From Octopus vulgaris (lineage: Eukaryota): DNA of 64,000 nucleotides. The stretch spans positions 36,642,001-36,706,000 of the forward strand of contig OX597833.1 of the NCBI GenBank assembly GCA_951406725.2, written 5' to 3'. Every line of letters begins with the position of its first letter. Positions within the stretch are counted from its first letter, which is position 1. Both the position numbers and the translations under genes were made by a program. The notes under the pieces are model-generated. The model was given only the letters and a program-made list of their open reading frames with translations. It ran no database searches and was not told the origin of the DNA. Shown one piece after another: positions 38,839-53,310 of this stretch.

Positions 38839-39273
38839 CAAAATAAGCAACAAATCCATTTGATTATAACCACCCCATGGATTTATATGGATAACACCAT
38901 ACAAAGTTCTGGTGCATCTAACTTAAGTACCATATTCACCTGAATCTAAATTTTACTGAACTTATATGTGTATATATATATATATATACATATGTTTACA
39001 TGCATACATAGGCACACACATACATCCATATATGTATGGGTGTATGCTTGTTGGTAAGTAGGTACATAATGCAACCAAGTATGTGTTTAGGTCTGTTGTG
39101 TGTTTGTATTATATTATAGGAACGAGTTTCGAGTTCTTCATATTTCCTTTTGTGTAGTACATTAAAATTTCATTCATTAGGACATGAAATTTTCACAGAA
39201 AAATGAACGAAAAATATATATGGAAATTTTAGTAAGTAGCAAAATACAATTAAAAAATTAGCTCACACATATT

Positions 39274-39587
39274 AAAGGAGCACTCCCTCGGTTACGACGA
39301 CGAGGGTCGAACAGCTTGCTCGTGAAATTAACGTGCAAGTGGCTGAGCACTCCACACCCACAAGGGTACTTAACGTAGATCTCAGGGAGATTCAGCGTGA
39401 CATAGACTGTAACAAGGCTGGCCCTTTGAATTAAAAGTACTACTCATTTTTGCTAGCTGAGTGGACTGGAGCAACGCAACGTGAAATAAAGTGTTTTCCT
39501 CAAGGGCACAACGCGTCTCCGGGATTCGAACTCACGACCTTACCATCGTGAGTCGAATGCCCTAACCACTAAGCCACGGGCCTTCAC
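39274..39587 (-). mobile_element. tRNA-derived SINE (second family); fragments also at ~41436-41490 and 58805-59003
   Basis: Reverse complement: gtggcttagtggttagggcattcgactcacgat...gagttcgaatcccgg (A/B boxes). Confidence 0.85.
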
Positions 39588-39940
39588 TCACGCATATGTC
39601 ACATTTAAGATAAATTATGAAACCTACCAAGATCTAACCATTACAAAAAATTTAAAGCTGGCGTTGTCACTATCAGTTGTAACAGTATTCCCAGATCTAT
39701 TGTAACAACAGCATATCTTATTAACTCATCAGTTCATTCAGCTGATGAGGTCGGAGAGGTTTGAAGCAAAAATAGATTAATGGATTTAGATACAGCATTT
39801 CTCCAAACTAACATATAGGTCTAATATGGAAATATGGGAAATCTTTAATTATAAAAAAAATACTTAATCTATAGCAGAGTAATGCTTTCCGTGTGTGTGT
39901 ATATTTTCGCATCACAGATTTATACAACCTATGTAGATAC

Positions 39941-40017
<77 letters not shown>

Positions 40018-40064
40018 TGTATGTATGTATGTATGTATGAATATATATGTATATATAAATGCGT

Positions 40065-40845
40065 TGTGCAAACAACATGAAATACGTAAACAACGAGAGA
40101 AAGAAAATGGAAAACAGGGCTAGTAAACACAGAGAATGTACCCTTCATCGGTTGCCTATCTATTCATTTCGAGCATTCAACGACAATATCAGTCTTCAAT
40201 GACAGTTGCTCCCATAAATTCTAAAATAAAATTTAGGATTTATGTAGGACCAAAATTGGGAACAAAAACAGGACAGTGGAGACATAAAAGGAAACCGAAC
40301 GAAAACAAACATGGAGGATCGTTAAACCAGAACGAGAGGAAAATATTGAATGTTGGAAAAATGTTTTCTTTGAAAAGAGAGAAAATGGAATTGAGAGAAA
40401 AAACGTGCAGACTTTTGAACGTCCGTATCAGGAAAAGTCAGATGGTCACGTGAGGAAAAGAAAGTTGGATGATGGTCACATGTGAGCAACAAGAGAGACA
40501 GAAAGACGAGGACAGAGAGAGAGACAGATAGAAAACGGTGAAAGAGAGAGGGGGAAAAAAAGTAATTAGAGAAGAATAGAGGAAGAAAACAGTATAGTGT
40601 AGAAGCGCATAAAAAAGATAAACATAAACTCACTTGGCAATGGATGCGTCGCGTTCAATTAAATAATGATAATAAATACTATATATGTATATGTATATAT
40701 ATGTGTGTGTGTGTGTGTGTGTATGCGTGTGTGTGTGTGTGTGTCTGTGTGTGTACGTGTGTGTGTTTACATGTCCAGCTTGCCATTTATATTCTCTCGT
40801 TGTTTATGTATTTCATACTGTTTGCACAGTTCGTGACATCCTGCC
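40065..40845 (-). mobile_element. Penelope-like family A copy with inverted terminal repeats; decayed permuted hammerhead at 40140-40212
   Basis: 40065-40120 inverted to ~40772-40828; minus strand ctgat-a-ttgtcg..tgctc-GAAA-tgaa..ggcaa-CCGATGA-a-gggt. Confidence 0.72.
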
Positions 40846-43800
40846 CACATAGTTGCCGATGTATATATATATATATATATATACATGTATATATGTATGT
40901 ATGCATGCATGCATGTATGTATGTATGTATGTATGTATGTATGTATGTATGTATGTATGTATGTATGTATGTATGTATACATGTATGTATGTATATTATT
41001 ATATATCAATAATATTAATACGCTAACTTTTTGTTTTTGTACTTACCTGTTGCGTCAGTCACACTTCCTGCAAAGAAATGGCAAAGCGAGAGAGGAGGAC
41101 AGAGAGGAATTAAGAAAGAGAGAGAGTGATAGAGAGAGAGGGAAAGTGATAGAGTGAGAGAGAAAGAGAGAGAGTGAAAGAGATAGTGGTTGGTGACGGT
41201 GTTCATCGCAAGAGATGTAGCTACTTCAAAAGCGGGACACAAAGGAAGTGAAAGAGAAAGAGAGAAACTGAGAGAGACAGTAGATACATAAATCCAAAGA
41301 AACGTTCATGTATTGATACATACACAGCAAATATTGGATGTCAATTTCACTTTTCATTACCACACGAGGATAAAATTAACTCGCAAATGGCTTAATACTC
41401 AACAGACATGCATAACATTTATGTAAATTCTCATGGTGATTCAGCCTCACACAAAATACAAGGCTGGCCCCTTTGAATTATAGCTACAACTCGAGATATA
41501 TATATATATATATATATATCAGAGAGGAGTGAGTGGTGACTCAAATGAAGGTGGTATTTGCTTTGTGTTTTCAACCACACCAAATATTGGATACCGTATC
41601 CTAAACAAAACTGTCTAAAACATTCGTATATGTTTTTCAATTGAAACACTGAATCATATTGGACATTAATTCATGTGAGATTCCCTCATTGTTGTCAAAC
41701 GAATGTACAAACTGCAAAGATACACCTGTTTAGAGATGTTAGTAGAAATAAGCAGGCAAAACTTGTAAAATGCTTTGGTTACTACAACATAAACCCATGG
41801 CAAGACAGAGAGACGGAATCGATTTCGTAGGTCGCAATTAACGGCAAAATTTTCATTGGACTATAGAACTGACTCAAGACCTATAGCAATTCTGCAAAAT
41901 GTTCAGAGAATATCACCTGACCGGTTACATGAAGAGAATGAAGATCCAGGTAAGCTATAGCGCAACACAACAGTGCTAGCAGTCTACGGTTTTTTACCAA
42001 AAAATTGCTGCTCTAAGAAAATCAACTATCAAATAAATGCACAGAAAATGACAGTGTCAATAGCTGAGCAGATTATTCCGAGGAAAAAATATTACAAAAA
42101 TCATGGAGTGAGCAAAATTGATAATAACTTACAAATATGACTGCTGCCACTATATGGACACGCCGTAACCGATTACAAAGAATTAGAAACTGGTGGAAAA
42201 TACAAGCTGCTAAAAACACACTCGCTGAGAAGAATAAAACTCTTCACATTTCATGTTAAGGTTCACTATAACGTTGCTGAATAATAATTACAAATTAAAG
42301 CTATGTTTTGAAACATTGACTGTCTTGCGGTATTTGTGCTGCATTTAGTTGTTAACAGAATGGAATAACAGAAGCCCATCGGAATGATACAACCAAAAAG
42401 GTAGAAAAACATTGATAGACATGGAACATATCGGACTATTCGATACTTTCATTAGATACAGAATAAATTCACAAAGAACCAGTTAATTGCTTTATGACAG
42501 CCGATACAAACTGTACAGCCACAACCGACGAGAGGCATCAACAGACAAATTGATTTCGTTAAAACTAAAACCTAGGGCGCTAAGTCAAAAAGCACCATTA
42601 TTGCAGAAAACTACAAGAACAAAGGAGTATAAACTGAATAAAATTTGCATTAAACCAAGAAACTGCATATTGCTGCATGAAAGGCCATATAATTTAGTGT
42701 AAATGCTCCTCTCGAGATGATCTAGATTTATTCAGATGTGCAGGAAACCTGGAATCTAAATAAGCAGCACAACAACGATGCAGTTAAGCTAAATAAGCTA
42801 CTGAGTGAGCACTATCTCTCTTAAAACAAAAGAAATCACTATTCAAACTCCTAGTAGTTGCAAAATTAATAAATGGAAAAATCATCTGGGAGAGATGCAG
42901 TAATTTGATATTGGTAGAGGGAAATCATATGTGAGAGGAAAACTCTGTCCAGCATGTTCAAAGAACAATGGACGCTGAATTCGATGTAGCAGTTGTAGCG
43001 AAAACATTCATGCCTTAGAAGCAGGAGACACATTTGGCAACGAATTAACGGTTGGAACATGCTTAAAAGCTACGTATAAAATGTATACAAGTGACTTTAA
43101 TATTACTCCAAGATCACTATGAATCAAACGATTACCTTTTTCTGTCGATTACTTGAAGATGTATTCAGTATATAGATAAGTTTCGCTAGATAAGTGGATA
43201 GATTGGATGGATGGAGGAGTTTTTAGATAGATATAATGGGAGATACACATACAAACAAGCAACGTGCACATATATCTTATAAGCATTTTGGTTTCTTTCA
43301 TAATAATCTATTAATTATCTCCACCATTATATTCAATCATATCTCTTTCTCTCTACCTTCTACCCCCAATCATAAACCTCACCATTGAAACATTCCGAAC
43401 CCCCACTGACAAACTTCCACAATATCTTCACTAACTCGAGAAAATACTGGCGGTCCTATCGACTTCGGTCTACCAAATTCATGCTTAATTATCCGTACGT
43501 ACTTATGTCACCTTTGGTTGCAGTCCCCCACTGTCCCCCATCAACGAGGTTAAACATATACTCTCCACCTCATCAATTCCTTTCCATTATTCCACTCATG
43601 GACCCTCCGAACTTCTTTTTATGGATGTCAACTATTTTTAGAGTTTTATCTTCTATTATATCCGCAATTCAGCCCTCTTTCACCGCCAAGTACATCTGAA
43701 CCCATCACCCACCCCACTATTCCACCCTTAAACTGCATCTAATTCTCCTGTGATATCTACAAATCCTGAATAGAATGGTCGAGACTATCAAGGTAGGTGT

Positions 43801-44880
43801 TAATTACGTCAACTTTGTAGGCCTCACTAAAACGCAAACTAACCAATAGGCCTCTACACCGTTTCACTCATGAGAGAGAAAATCAACTTTTGTATATCTT
43901 GCGTTACCAGTGTTCATACCAATATTAGAATTCACGTCACCGTATCTATGCATTTCTATAACTATCGTCACTGCATCCAAGGATACGTTATTTAAGGTTT
44001 TCCTTATATTTTAAAACAATGAATATGAATTTAGATCTAGTTGCTAATTGTCACTTGATAACACGTAATACATATTCAATAAAGTGTTGTGGATATAATA
44101 CACTTGTATGTATTTTACCACAAAACAAGGCGAAAATGTTTACTCATGCATATACGTTTTGTGTAGACATATTTACTTATGTTCCATTACTTCTGTTAAT
44201 GAAATGTATCAGCTTGACAATCGTTTGATGTCTCTATGAGGTCCTTTTTTTTTTGCATTCTACAATAAGCCAAGTTTAATCAGATTCCAAGCCAATGGCT
44301 TTCAACACGCTTTGAATTACTCGACGACCAAAACCAAGGGTCTGTGCAGCCTCAAAACTTTTATTGAGTCAATGACGGGGTAACAAATTCAATTATGATC
44401 ACAAAATACATCCATTCAACATAAAATTCAAAAGTATCATTTTATACATTTCATCTACAATAAAGATATTTGTTGAAGATTTATATACAATTAGAAACTA
44501 AGGTAAACAATACACAGATTCCGAACATTGATAGTCTTTTAATTTATTGAAATAGTAAGAATAACTTGAATTCATTCTATTCTTTCGACATCGGTTGATT
44601 GTAAACATCAATTACTGACATTTTAACTCACCATGGAATAATAGAAACTTCCACAATCCTTTTATTCAGATCAAATCAAATCAAAACTTCAAGTTCGTTA
44701 CATTTTGCCAATCTTTTACAAAAATCGTGAATAAATATTCAGCAATTAATGAAAATTGACATGATTTACACAGCAATTAACCGAAATATACAATTTTCTA
44801 ATTTGTCAACAATAATATTATAAATAATATATATGCATATATATATATATGTGTGTGTATGTGTGTGTGAGTGTGTGTGT

Positions 44881-44920
<40 letters not shown>

Positions 44921-44928
44921 ATATCTAT

Positions 44929-45480
44929 GGATACAGGACGTTACCAACAGTAAACAACATGAACTACGAAAACAATGAGTTCAATACGCAAACAACGAGA
45001 AAAATAAATGGGAAACAGGACAAGCAACACAGCGAACGACCCGTCATCAGTTGTCGGCTGTCTATCTACTTCTCATTTCGAGCAGTGAACGACGATATGA
45101 ATCTTCAAAGACAGTTGCTCCCATAAATACTAAAATAAAATTTATGTAGGGTCAAAGTTAGGAACAAAAACAGGACAGTGGAGACATACAAGGAAGCCGA
45201 ACGAAAACAAATATGGAGGGTCTTTAGATCAGAACGAGGGTAAAATAGCGAAAGCTGGAGAAATATTTTCTTTGAAAAGAGAAAAGACAGAAGAGAGGGA
45301 TAGAATACGTCCAGTCCTTAGGACAGTCCTGTGGGAAAAGAAAGATGATCACTCGAGGAAAAAAAAGATGAACGGTGGTCACATTTGAGCAGCGAGAGTG
45401 AGAAAAAGAAGAAGAGAGACAGACAGATAAAGGACGGTGAGGGGAGAAAAGGGGAATTAGAGTAAAGGATGTGGGAGAAA
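44929..45480 (-). mobile_element. Penelope-like family A copy
   Basis: Collinear with 2330-2932 (reverse) and 40065-40620. Confidence 0.75.
45039..45121 (-). ncRNA. Permuted hammerhead ribozyme (family A, best copy)
   Basis: Minus strand: gagca-a-ctgtct-ttgaaga-ttca-TA-tcgtcg-ttcac-tgctc-GAAA-tgag-aagtagat-agacag-c-cgacaa-CTGATGA-c-gggt. Confidence 0.72.
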
Positions 45481-45492
45481 GTTATATGTATA

Positions 45493-45532
<40 letters not shown>

Positions 45533-45602
45533 TGTATGTGTAAATATGCATTTACATATATATATATATAGATGTATATATACATGTATATATATATACA
45601 CA

Positions 45603-45650
<48 letters not shown>

Positions 45651-46327
45651 TATCGATATATATCATATATATACAGACAGATATATGCATATATATATAT
45701 ACATATATGCATATATATACGTATATATATATATGCTTATATATATACCTACATATATACATACATATTTATATATTTATATATGTATACATCTCTTCCA
45801 AAATCAGTGAGATGATAAATATATAACGGACAACTGCTACGAAACTTGCAACTTATCTACCCTATTTATGAATTTACATTAATACCAATAATCAATGGTG
45901 AACTCGGTTTATGTTTGTAGATGCCCTAACCACAATCCGGGAAAGCTAAGGTTTTTATACAAAGAAAAAGAGCGGCTAACACAATTTTACAGATACAATC
46001 TGTAAGTGAAACAGGAAATATATGCAAAACTTTCTTAACGTTCGATATGTAACCATCATCGTTGTTGTTATCCAAACCCCAATGATGGAGCTTTTGATTT
46101 TTTGCTAGAAACCAGCTCCCTGATTTTAGAAAGAATGCTAATAAATAAAAAAAAAGAAAAATATGTACATACATTGAGAAATAATCCATCTGGTACTCTG
46201 ACAGTTCTATCGCTGCGTTTATCTCTTGCTCTCCCACTCTCTCTTCCACTACTTTCTCTTTCTGCTTTTGACACTCTCACTACCGCTCTTTAATCTTTTG
46301 TATCTTATTCTTCCTTTCTTACATAAC

Positions 46328-46403
<76 letters not shown>

Positions 46404-47108
46404 TCAGATACCCAGCCTAACAAAACTATCTGCAGACATTTGCTGATACAATAAATTTTATTTATGACACAATAATTCTGTCCAAAAATTTCTACCTCAT
46501 AAATATTACATTTCATTCTTTATTTCGACGAGAAAAATATGTTTATATATTTCTTATTTTGTTCCTTTTTGTGTTTTCCCCCATTTTCTTCCCATTCCAG
46601 TTGACAAAAGTTTTACACACACATACATACATACACACATATATATGTACACAACTTAAGTACATAATGCGTATATATGCATGTATAAATGTGTAAATAG
46701 ATTTACAAGCGCATGTTTGATAAGCATGTATTTAGCTACTTTGAATAAGTAAAACTGCGATTAAACACAAAACCTTATCTGAAACCGAAATTAAGGACAA
46801 CGGTGTCTAGATTTTTTTATTGATTTCCATCGTTTCTTCAAGAGAGTTCGTACGAAATGTAGATAAAAAAAAAGGAAACAAGAGAGAATCTTACACCTAC
46901 TTATAATAATGGTATGAAAAACCGGCACTGATTTTAGTAACTTATATATCAGCACTTTTGTTCATGTATTATACACATTTGTTCGTGTATTAAGCAACTA
47001 AATAGCTGAGGCAATCTGAATTTGGATAGTGTAAATAATTTCATTTTTTGATGCCGTTATTTCCATGTAAATTGAATATATGCATATATATAACTGAATA
47101 CATCTATA

Positions 47109-47202
<94 letters not shown>

Positions 47203-47284
47203 TACAAGCATATGCACACACACACATACACACACACATATAAATAATTTTATACCTATATATATATATATATGTATATATGTA

Positions 47285-47346
<62 letters not shown>

Positions 47347-47399
47347 TACAAGAAGATACTAGAAAAAATCTATTATCTATGAGTATACTTTATTATAAA

Positions 47400-48050
47400 C
47401 CAGGTGACTTGAGTGAATGGCGTAAGCCCAGACTGAAAAATGCTTGAGACCAGTCTGGGGGATAAAACCTTGTTGCTTGTGAGAGACTCTTTGGCACATT
47501 TGGGGTGAAATTCCCAACTGAAGACAAAGCCAAAGTGAGTGCAACTACAACCCTCAAAATTGTTTCCTTGTTGTTAATTTCGACATGCCTCGGACGGAGG
47601 GTGGTGAAAATAAAGGTAGCAGAGGTACCTCCAGAAGTGGACGTGTCTTTGTTTGTGGCAGACAGCCATATTATACGGCAGAGAGAATAAAACGAGCATT
47701 CTCCAAGTGCACAAAATGGGAAGAGAAAACTGGTCAGGCACAGGAATTGAATACAGAACGATCATTTTCCTTAAAGGTGCAGAGCTATTCGTAGCAGTAA
47801 AGAGCAGAAAGCTGAGGTTTCTTTAAGACAAACCACTTCAAGTCTTTCTGCCCCATGCAAGAAAAGGAAAACCCCCGCCTCCACAGACACTTCTACAGCA
47901 ACAACAATATCAGCATCAAAAGCAACAGTAGCATCAGAACCAACAACAACACTAACAGGATCCAAAACAACAACAATATCAACAGAAGGAGCAGCTGGAG
48001 AGGTTCATTCAACAATATCCGCAGCAATCTCCGGTACTACATCTGAGAAA
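47400..48050 (+). pseudogene. Third ORF1-like (Tx1/L1-like) remnant
   Basis: VKFPTEDKAK...TCLGRRVVKIKVAEVPPEVDVSLFVA. Confidence 0.5.
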
Positions 48051-48769
48051 AACAAAAACATCACCTACACCATCGCAACCGAGAAAAGCCTTGATCACAC
48101 AAGTCGACCAGACAACCGGTTTTGAAATGCCCTACTGTGCAGACATACCACTTCCTTCTGCTACAGATTTCTCCGACTGTGAGAACTCATCTAGTGAGGA
48201 CTTTCGGATCGGGGCCCATGGATAATTTCCCGAAATCCATCACCTGGCCATGCTACGGGTATGAAAATACTGTTAGCTGGGACCTTCCGAAATACGTGCA
48301 GAGCGGCGGAACTTTTCTTGACGCTCTCGTTCCGTGCCCTAGCATTGCTGACATGTGGGTTTATATCGAACACATATAAGACAGATCTAGCTGTTGGGTA
48401 AATCCATCGTGAAAATCGTATCACCACCGTTCTTTGGCCGGGAAGAGCAGGCATTGTTCATCTGTCTGGTGACCTTAGCGAAAGAGGTTTTGAGGTGAAC
48501 CAGATTGAAATGATTAAACCCTCATTGACTTTTTCATGTTTATCTTGAAAAATGAAAGTGAGGGTAGAGAGGGAAATGAACGATCCTACTCTAAACATGC
48601 GCTTATAGATTGAAGGAAGAGGATGTGGAAAGGAAACTTGCTCCAGTGGTCAGGTCGACCGTGATTTTGATGAGTTTTCACGAGCAGACGTAAGAAACCT
48701 TCTTGGCGGGGGGAGGGGGGGTTTCATTCATAGAATTTACATTGTTATCATGTTTTACTTTTTACACGC

Positions 48770-50005
48770 TCCTTATCTAAACTCACATTGTATTGCAGAA
48801 CTGGACAGCCTAGTCCAGTCTATGCAGATTTTCTCCAAGGATATTAAGATGCAGCGAGTAAGAAAAATATTAGCTTCAACGTTGAATGCCAGAAGCATAA
48901 TTCGGCAGTAAACTAGCGCACAGTAGTTCGGTATGGCGCTGGAATCCTGAAATGGACAAGCTAAAGGAGATGGACAGGAAATCAAAAAAGCTCCTAACGA
49001 TGCATGGAGCCCATCATCTACGTGCAGACACTGATCGCCTATACATGAAGAGATCAAATGGAGGAAGGGGACTGATAAGTGTAGAAAACTGCGTGCGTAG
49101 CGAACTCGAGAGCTTAATAAAATACCTAACCCAAAGTAAGAAAACCTTGATAGAGGAAGTTAGGAACGAGGGAGTATTGAGAGCAAAAAAAGAAAGGAAA
49201 AACAAAGGAAGAAGTACAAAAAGGACATGTAGAATTACACAAGAAGGAACTACACAATCAATTCCAATTACCCATAACAGAAGTTGCTGGAAAAATAGGC
49301 TGATAAAAGAAACCTTAAAAAAAAGACACTGAGAGCACTATACTGGCAGCACAAGACCTGGTGGGTCAACCTGAGAGATGAGCAAGTGTCTCCGCTGTGC
49401 CACATCTGCAATAGAGTGGTTAAAACCATTTTCTATATCACGAATGAATGCTCTAGACCTTCCCAAACCACACATAGTTGTGGCGACACGACCGGGTAAC
49501 AAAAGTGCTACGGTATGAGCACAAACCGCAAAGTGTGGAAGAGTCGGAGACTAGCAAATCCCTCTGGGATTTCCCAATCGATACAAACCAGGTGCTAGAG
49601 TATAACAGACTGGAGGTAGTGATGATGGACAAGGTGCATAATATATGCTTATACAGTTGATGTCGCATGCCCCTTTGACCCATGTATAGTCAAGAAGGAA
49701 GGCGAAAAGATAGATATAACCCTCTTATGTACGAAATAGCCCTGCTATGGAAAATGAAGAAGGTGAAGACAGTGCCAATTATTGTTTGATCCTTAGGAAC
49801 AGTATCAGAAGGCATCAATAGGAATATAGTGTGCCCAGAAGAACTGTTACAAAAAGTTTGCCTCCTTGGTACAGCCAGAATAATCAGGAAAGTATTAGAA
49901 AGCTGAAAAGAACGAATAGCATGGTACCGTAGGCTGCAGGTAGCAAGCACGCTACGCATGCAAGACTCCAGGAGCTCCAACAAAATATGAGAAAGAGAAA
50001 AAACA
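48770..50005 (+). mobile_element. Degenerate R4/Dong-like non-LTR retrotransposon (RT C-terminus + restriction-like endonuclease)
   Basis: KLKEMDRKSKKLLTMHGAHH..ADTDRLY..RSNGGRGLISVE, WRHDRV, LWDFPIDT..EYNRLEVV, DVACPFD, LLQKVCLLGTARIIRKVL. Confidence 0.85.
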
Positions 50006-50066
50006 AATAATGATAATCATTTCTTTATTGGTCACAAGGGTCAAACATAAAACAAATGGGATCGAT

Positions 50067-50101
<35 letters not shown>

Positions 50102-50106
50102 AATAA

Positions 50107-50180
<74 letters not shown>
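50067..50180. repeat. (CAA)n(TAA)n microsatellite
   Basis: Direct inspection. Confidence 0.95.
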
Positions 50181-50570
50181 TTGTTATTGCTGTTGTTACC
50201 CTTGCAGCTACGAGATCAGTATGCTGCCAAAATAACATAGCACCCTGTGTCTTATAAATAGACATATTACAATATTTTTCAGCAGAGCACATCTGTTATG
50301 CCAACTGACCAGATGTAAACAACAGCCAAATTCCTTGCCATCCGGTTTCCCCGACATGCCCGCGCCACTTTTCACATCTGTTTACCATTCCACTGTGAAC
50401 GTTATCATCACATTATATAACCAACAGATGTTCAGCTTCTAGCATTCCAACGATTTAATTTCCCATCATTCCTCATACTCGAAACGGTATTATGGGTAGT
50501 GTATCTATTTAGCATATTTTTTTTTCTTACAGACTGTCTGTCTGTCTATCTATATATCTATAAATCTATA

Positions 50571-50820
<250 letters not shown>

Positions 50821-51370
50821 TGATACGATATATCATTTATATGGTTATTATATATGTACCTATGCAAACATATATATTTGTAAATATGCACTTAAGTGGA
50901 ATTTACTCAACGTTTCAGAGTATATACCCACGCACGCGCTCACACATACTCACGCGCGCTCGCGCGTACATATAGTGCGTTTTCAGTTTATCTCTGTTGA
51001 AGGAGATTGTCGTATGAAGAATTAGTAATGGTATGGATTTGTTTACGACGACTCTAGACTTACCAGAGAATCATCCACATTCTTGACTTTCAGTACCATC
51101 TTTGTGGAATATGCAGGAAGGGAGAGACAGTATCAGGCGAGGAAAAATACAATAGACTGCTGCAAACTGTGGTGTCTTCTAAGAAGTTTTATCTGGCATA
51201 GGCCTTCTCCTCCAGTTTAGACGTTATTGAAATAAACCATTCTTTTTATCTATATCCTCTTGCTCCACCGTTAGTGACTTGCTGTGGTGTCAGTTGTGTT
51301 CAGTCAGAGACCTTTCTTTTAACTTGCCACTATGAGTGAGCCAGGCAGGATTACTAATCTTCCAGGCAAA

Positions 51371-51414
<44 letters not shown>

Positions 51415-51418
<4 letters not shown>

Positions 51419-51568
51419 AGGAGTGGCTGTGTGGTAAGTAGCTTGCTTACCAACCACATGTTTTTCGGATTCAGTCTCACTGCGTGACACCTTAAGCAAG
51501 TGTCTTCTACTAAAGCCCCGGGCCGACCAAAACCTTGTGAGTGGATTTGGTAGGCGGAAAGAAGCCCG

Positions 51569-51573
<5 letters not shown>
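51415..51573 (+). mobile_element. 5' half of the major SINE
   Basis: gcgcaggagtggctgtgtggtaagtagcttgcttaccaaccacatg. Confidence 0.9.
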
Positions 51574-51615
<42 letters not shown>

Positions 51616-51616
51616 T

Positions 51617-51660
<44 letters not shown>

Positions 51661-51765
51661 TACATACATACTAAAACAACAGTAAAATCATCCCTTACAG
51701 GTCAGCCACATTATGTTAGCAAATAGCCTTTACTTTATATATATATATATATATATATATTTATT

Positions 51766-51799
<34 letters not shown>

Positions 51800-51804
51800 C
51801 ATAC

Positions 51805-53310
51805 CTGGCTCTTTCTCTTGCTTTTGCCCACGCTGTCGCACCTTCCCCTCCCTCTCCAGCACTACCATCCTCACTGGCACCCATCACCACCCCTATCACC
51901 TCATCGGCTCTTTTACATGTACCTTCGGCAATGTCATCTACTGCATCTTCTGTTCTCTCTCTCTCTCTGTGTTCTTCCCTGTACATTGATCAAATGGGAC
52001 GCTGCTTCACCAACCTGCTCACTGGGCACCTCCAACACATCAAACTCGACAATGACACCCCGGTCACACGTCACTTCTGCTCAACTAGTAATATTCTACA
52101 ACATTTGTCTGTGTTCGGACTGTCTTTGCACAGTGACCACCCGGACTCCCGCCTCTGCCGTAAACAGAAATTGATATCTCTTCATTTCTTTGCTCCTTAT
52201 GGCCTTAATTCGCCATCTCTCTTCATCTAAAACCAACCCACACGCTTCCCACATTTAATGCACCTCCCCTGTACACCGCCTACTCAGTAACCTCACCACA
52301 CACACCATTATACAACCACCCATACACACTATTCAACTCAGTACTCACACCACACACCATTTCGCACATACCACACACACTCGCATTAACATGCACTCAC
52401 ACACATCTTCCAATTCCACATACACTAGCATCCAACAATTCCCGGTACCCACAGCACACACCATTATGCACACACACTCACACAAACTTACCACTACCCT
52501 CACCACACACACTGCTATATGTACACCCCTACACACTATTCAACTTAGCACCCACACCGTACGCCATTATGCACTCTCCCACACACACTCACATGCATAT
52601 GCACTCACACACACCTTCCAACTCCACACACACTAGCCTTCCAATGCACATAAACATACACTATACATACGCACGCTATAGGGTCACACACACATGCACT
52701 AACACGCACACACATGTGCACACACCACTCGAACAAGCACACATTAACTGCTACACACGAACATCTGCACACGCGCATACACATACACACCTACTATACA
52801 CAACTTCACACACATATACACACGTCCATATGCACACACACACACAAATACACGGAACACATCACAGTATACAATGTACGCATTAAGTTACTTATACACG
52901 TACACACACAAGCTCCCATACGCGCACACAGGCCCACATAATTTTAAGTTAGCTCACACTTACATTCACACGCGCTCGCCTCCTTTCACACATACACTCC
53001 GTTCTTACATACACACAAACGATTACGCACCCTAGTTCAGTCGAGCCACCGCTAGTATCTCCCCTTCACTCAGCCTATTTCTTCTGGTCATTTCATCATG
53101 TTGAGCCGTTAATCCCTACACATATTTTTCTCCCTCAGTTTTTTTCGTTCTCTCTCTATTTTTACCTTCTCAACCCTTTCTGTCGAAGAGTGTCGGCTCG
53201 AAACATCAAAGACTTTTCCATTCTTCCCGAGCGTCAAAGTGTTACACATGCTTGTTGTTCCTTCACCTTTCTTCGTCTTTTGTTTGCTGTAAATTTGTTT
53301 GCTGTAAACA
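51805..53310 (+). mobile_element. 3' part of a Penelope-like element: GIY-YIG remnant, CA-rich spacer, family D terminal repeat with hammerhead (53176-53211)
   Basis: SLYIDQMGRCFTNLLTGHLQHIKLDNDTPVTRHF...HLSVFGL...RLCRKQKLI...APYGLN; cttt-CTGTCGA-a-gagt-gtcg-gctc-GAAA-ca-TC-aaag. Confidence 0.8.

Noticed and set aside
39725-39770. CTGATGAG hammerhead-like core
   Set aside because: It pairs with upstream ctcatcag as a simple hairpin; no proper GAAA or stem III follows
41560-43080. Possible very old LINE ORF2 remnant
   Set aside because: A-rich coding-like composition, but no motif could be read with confidence
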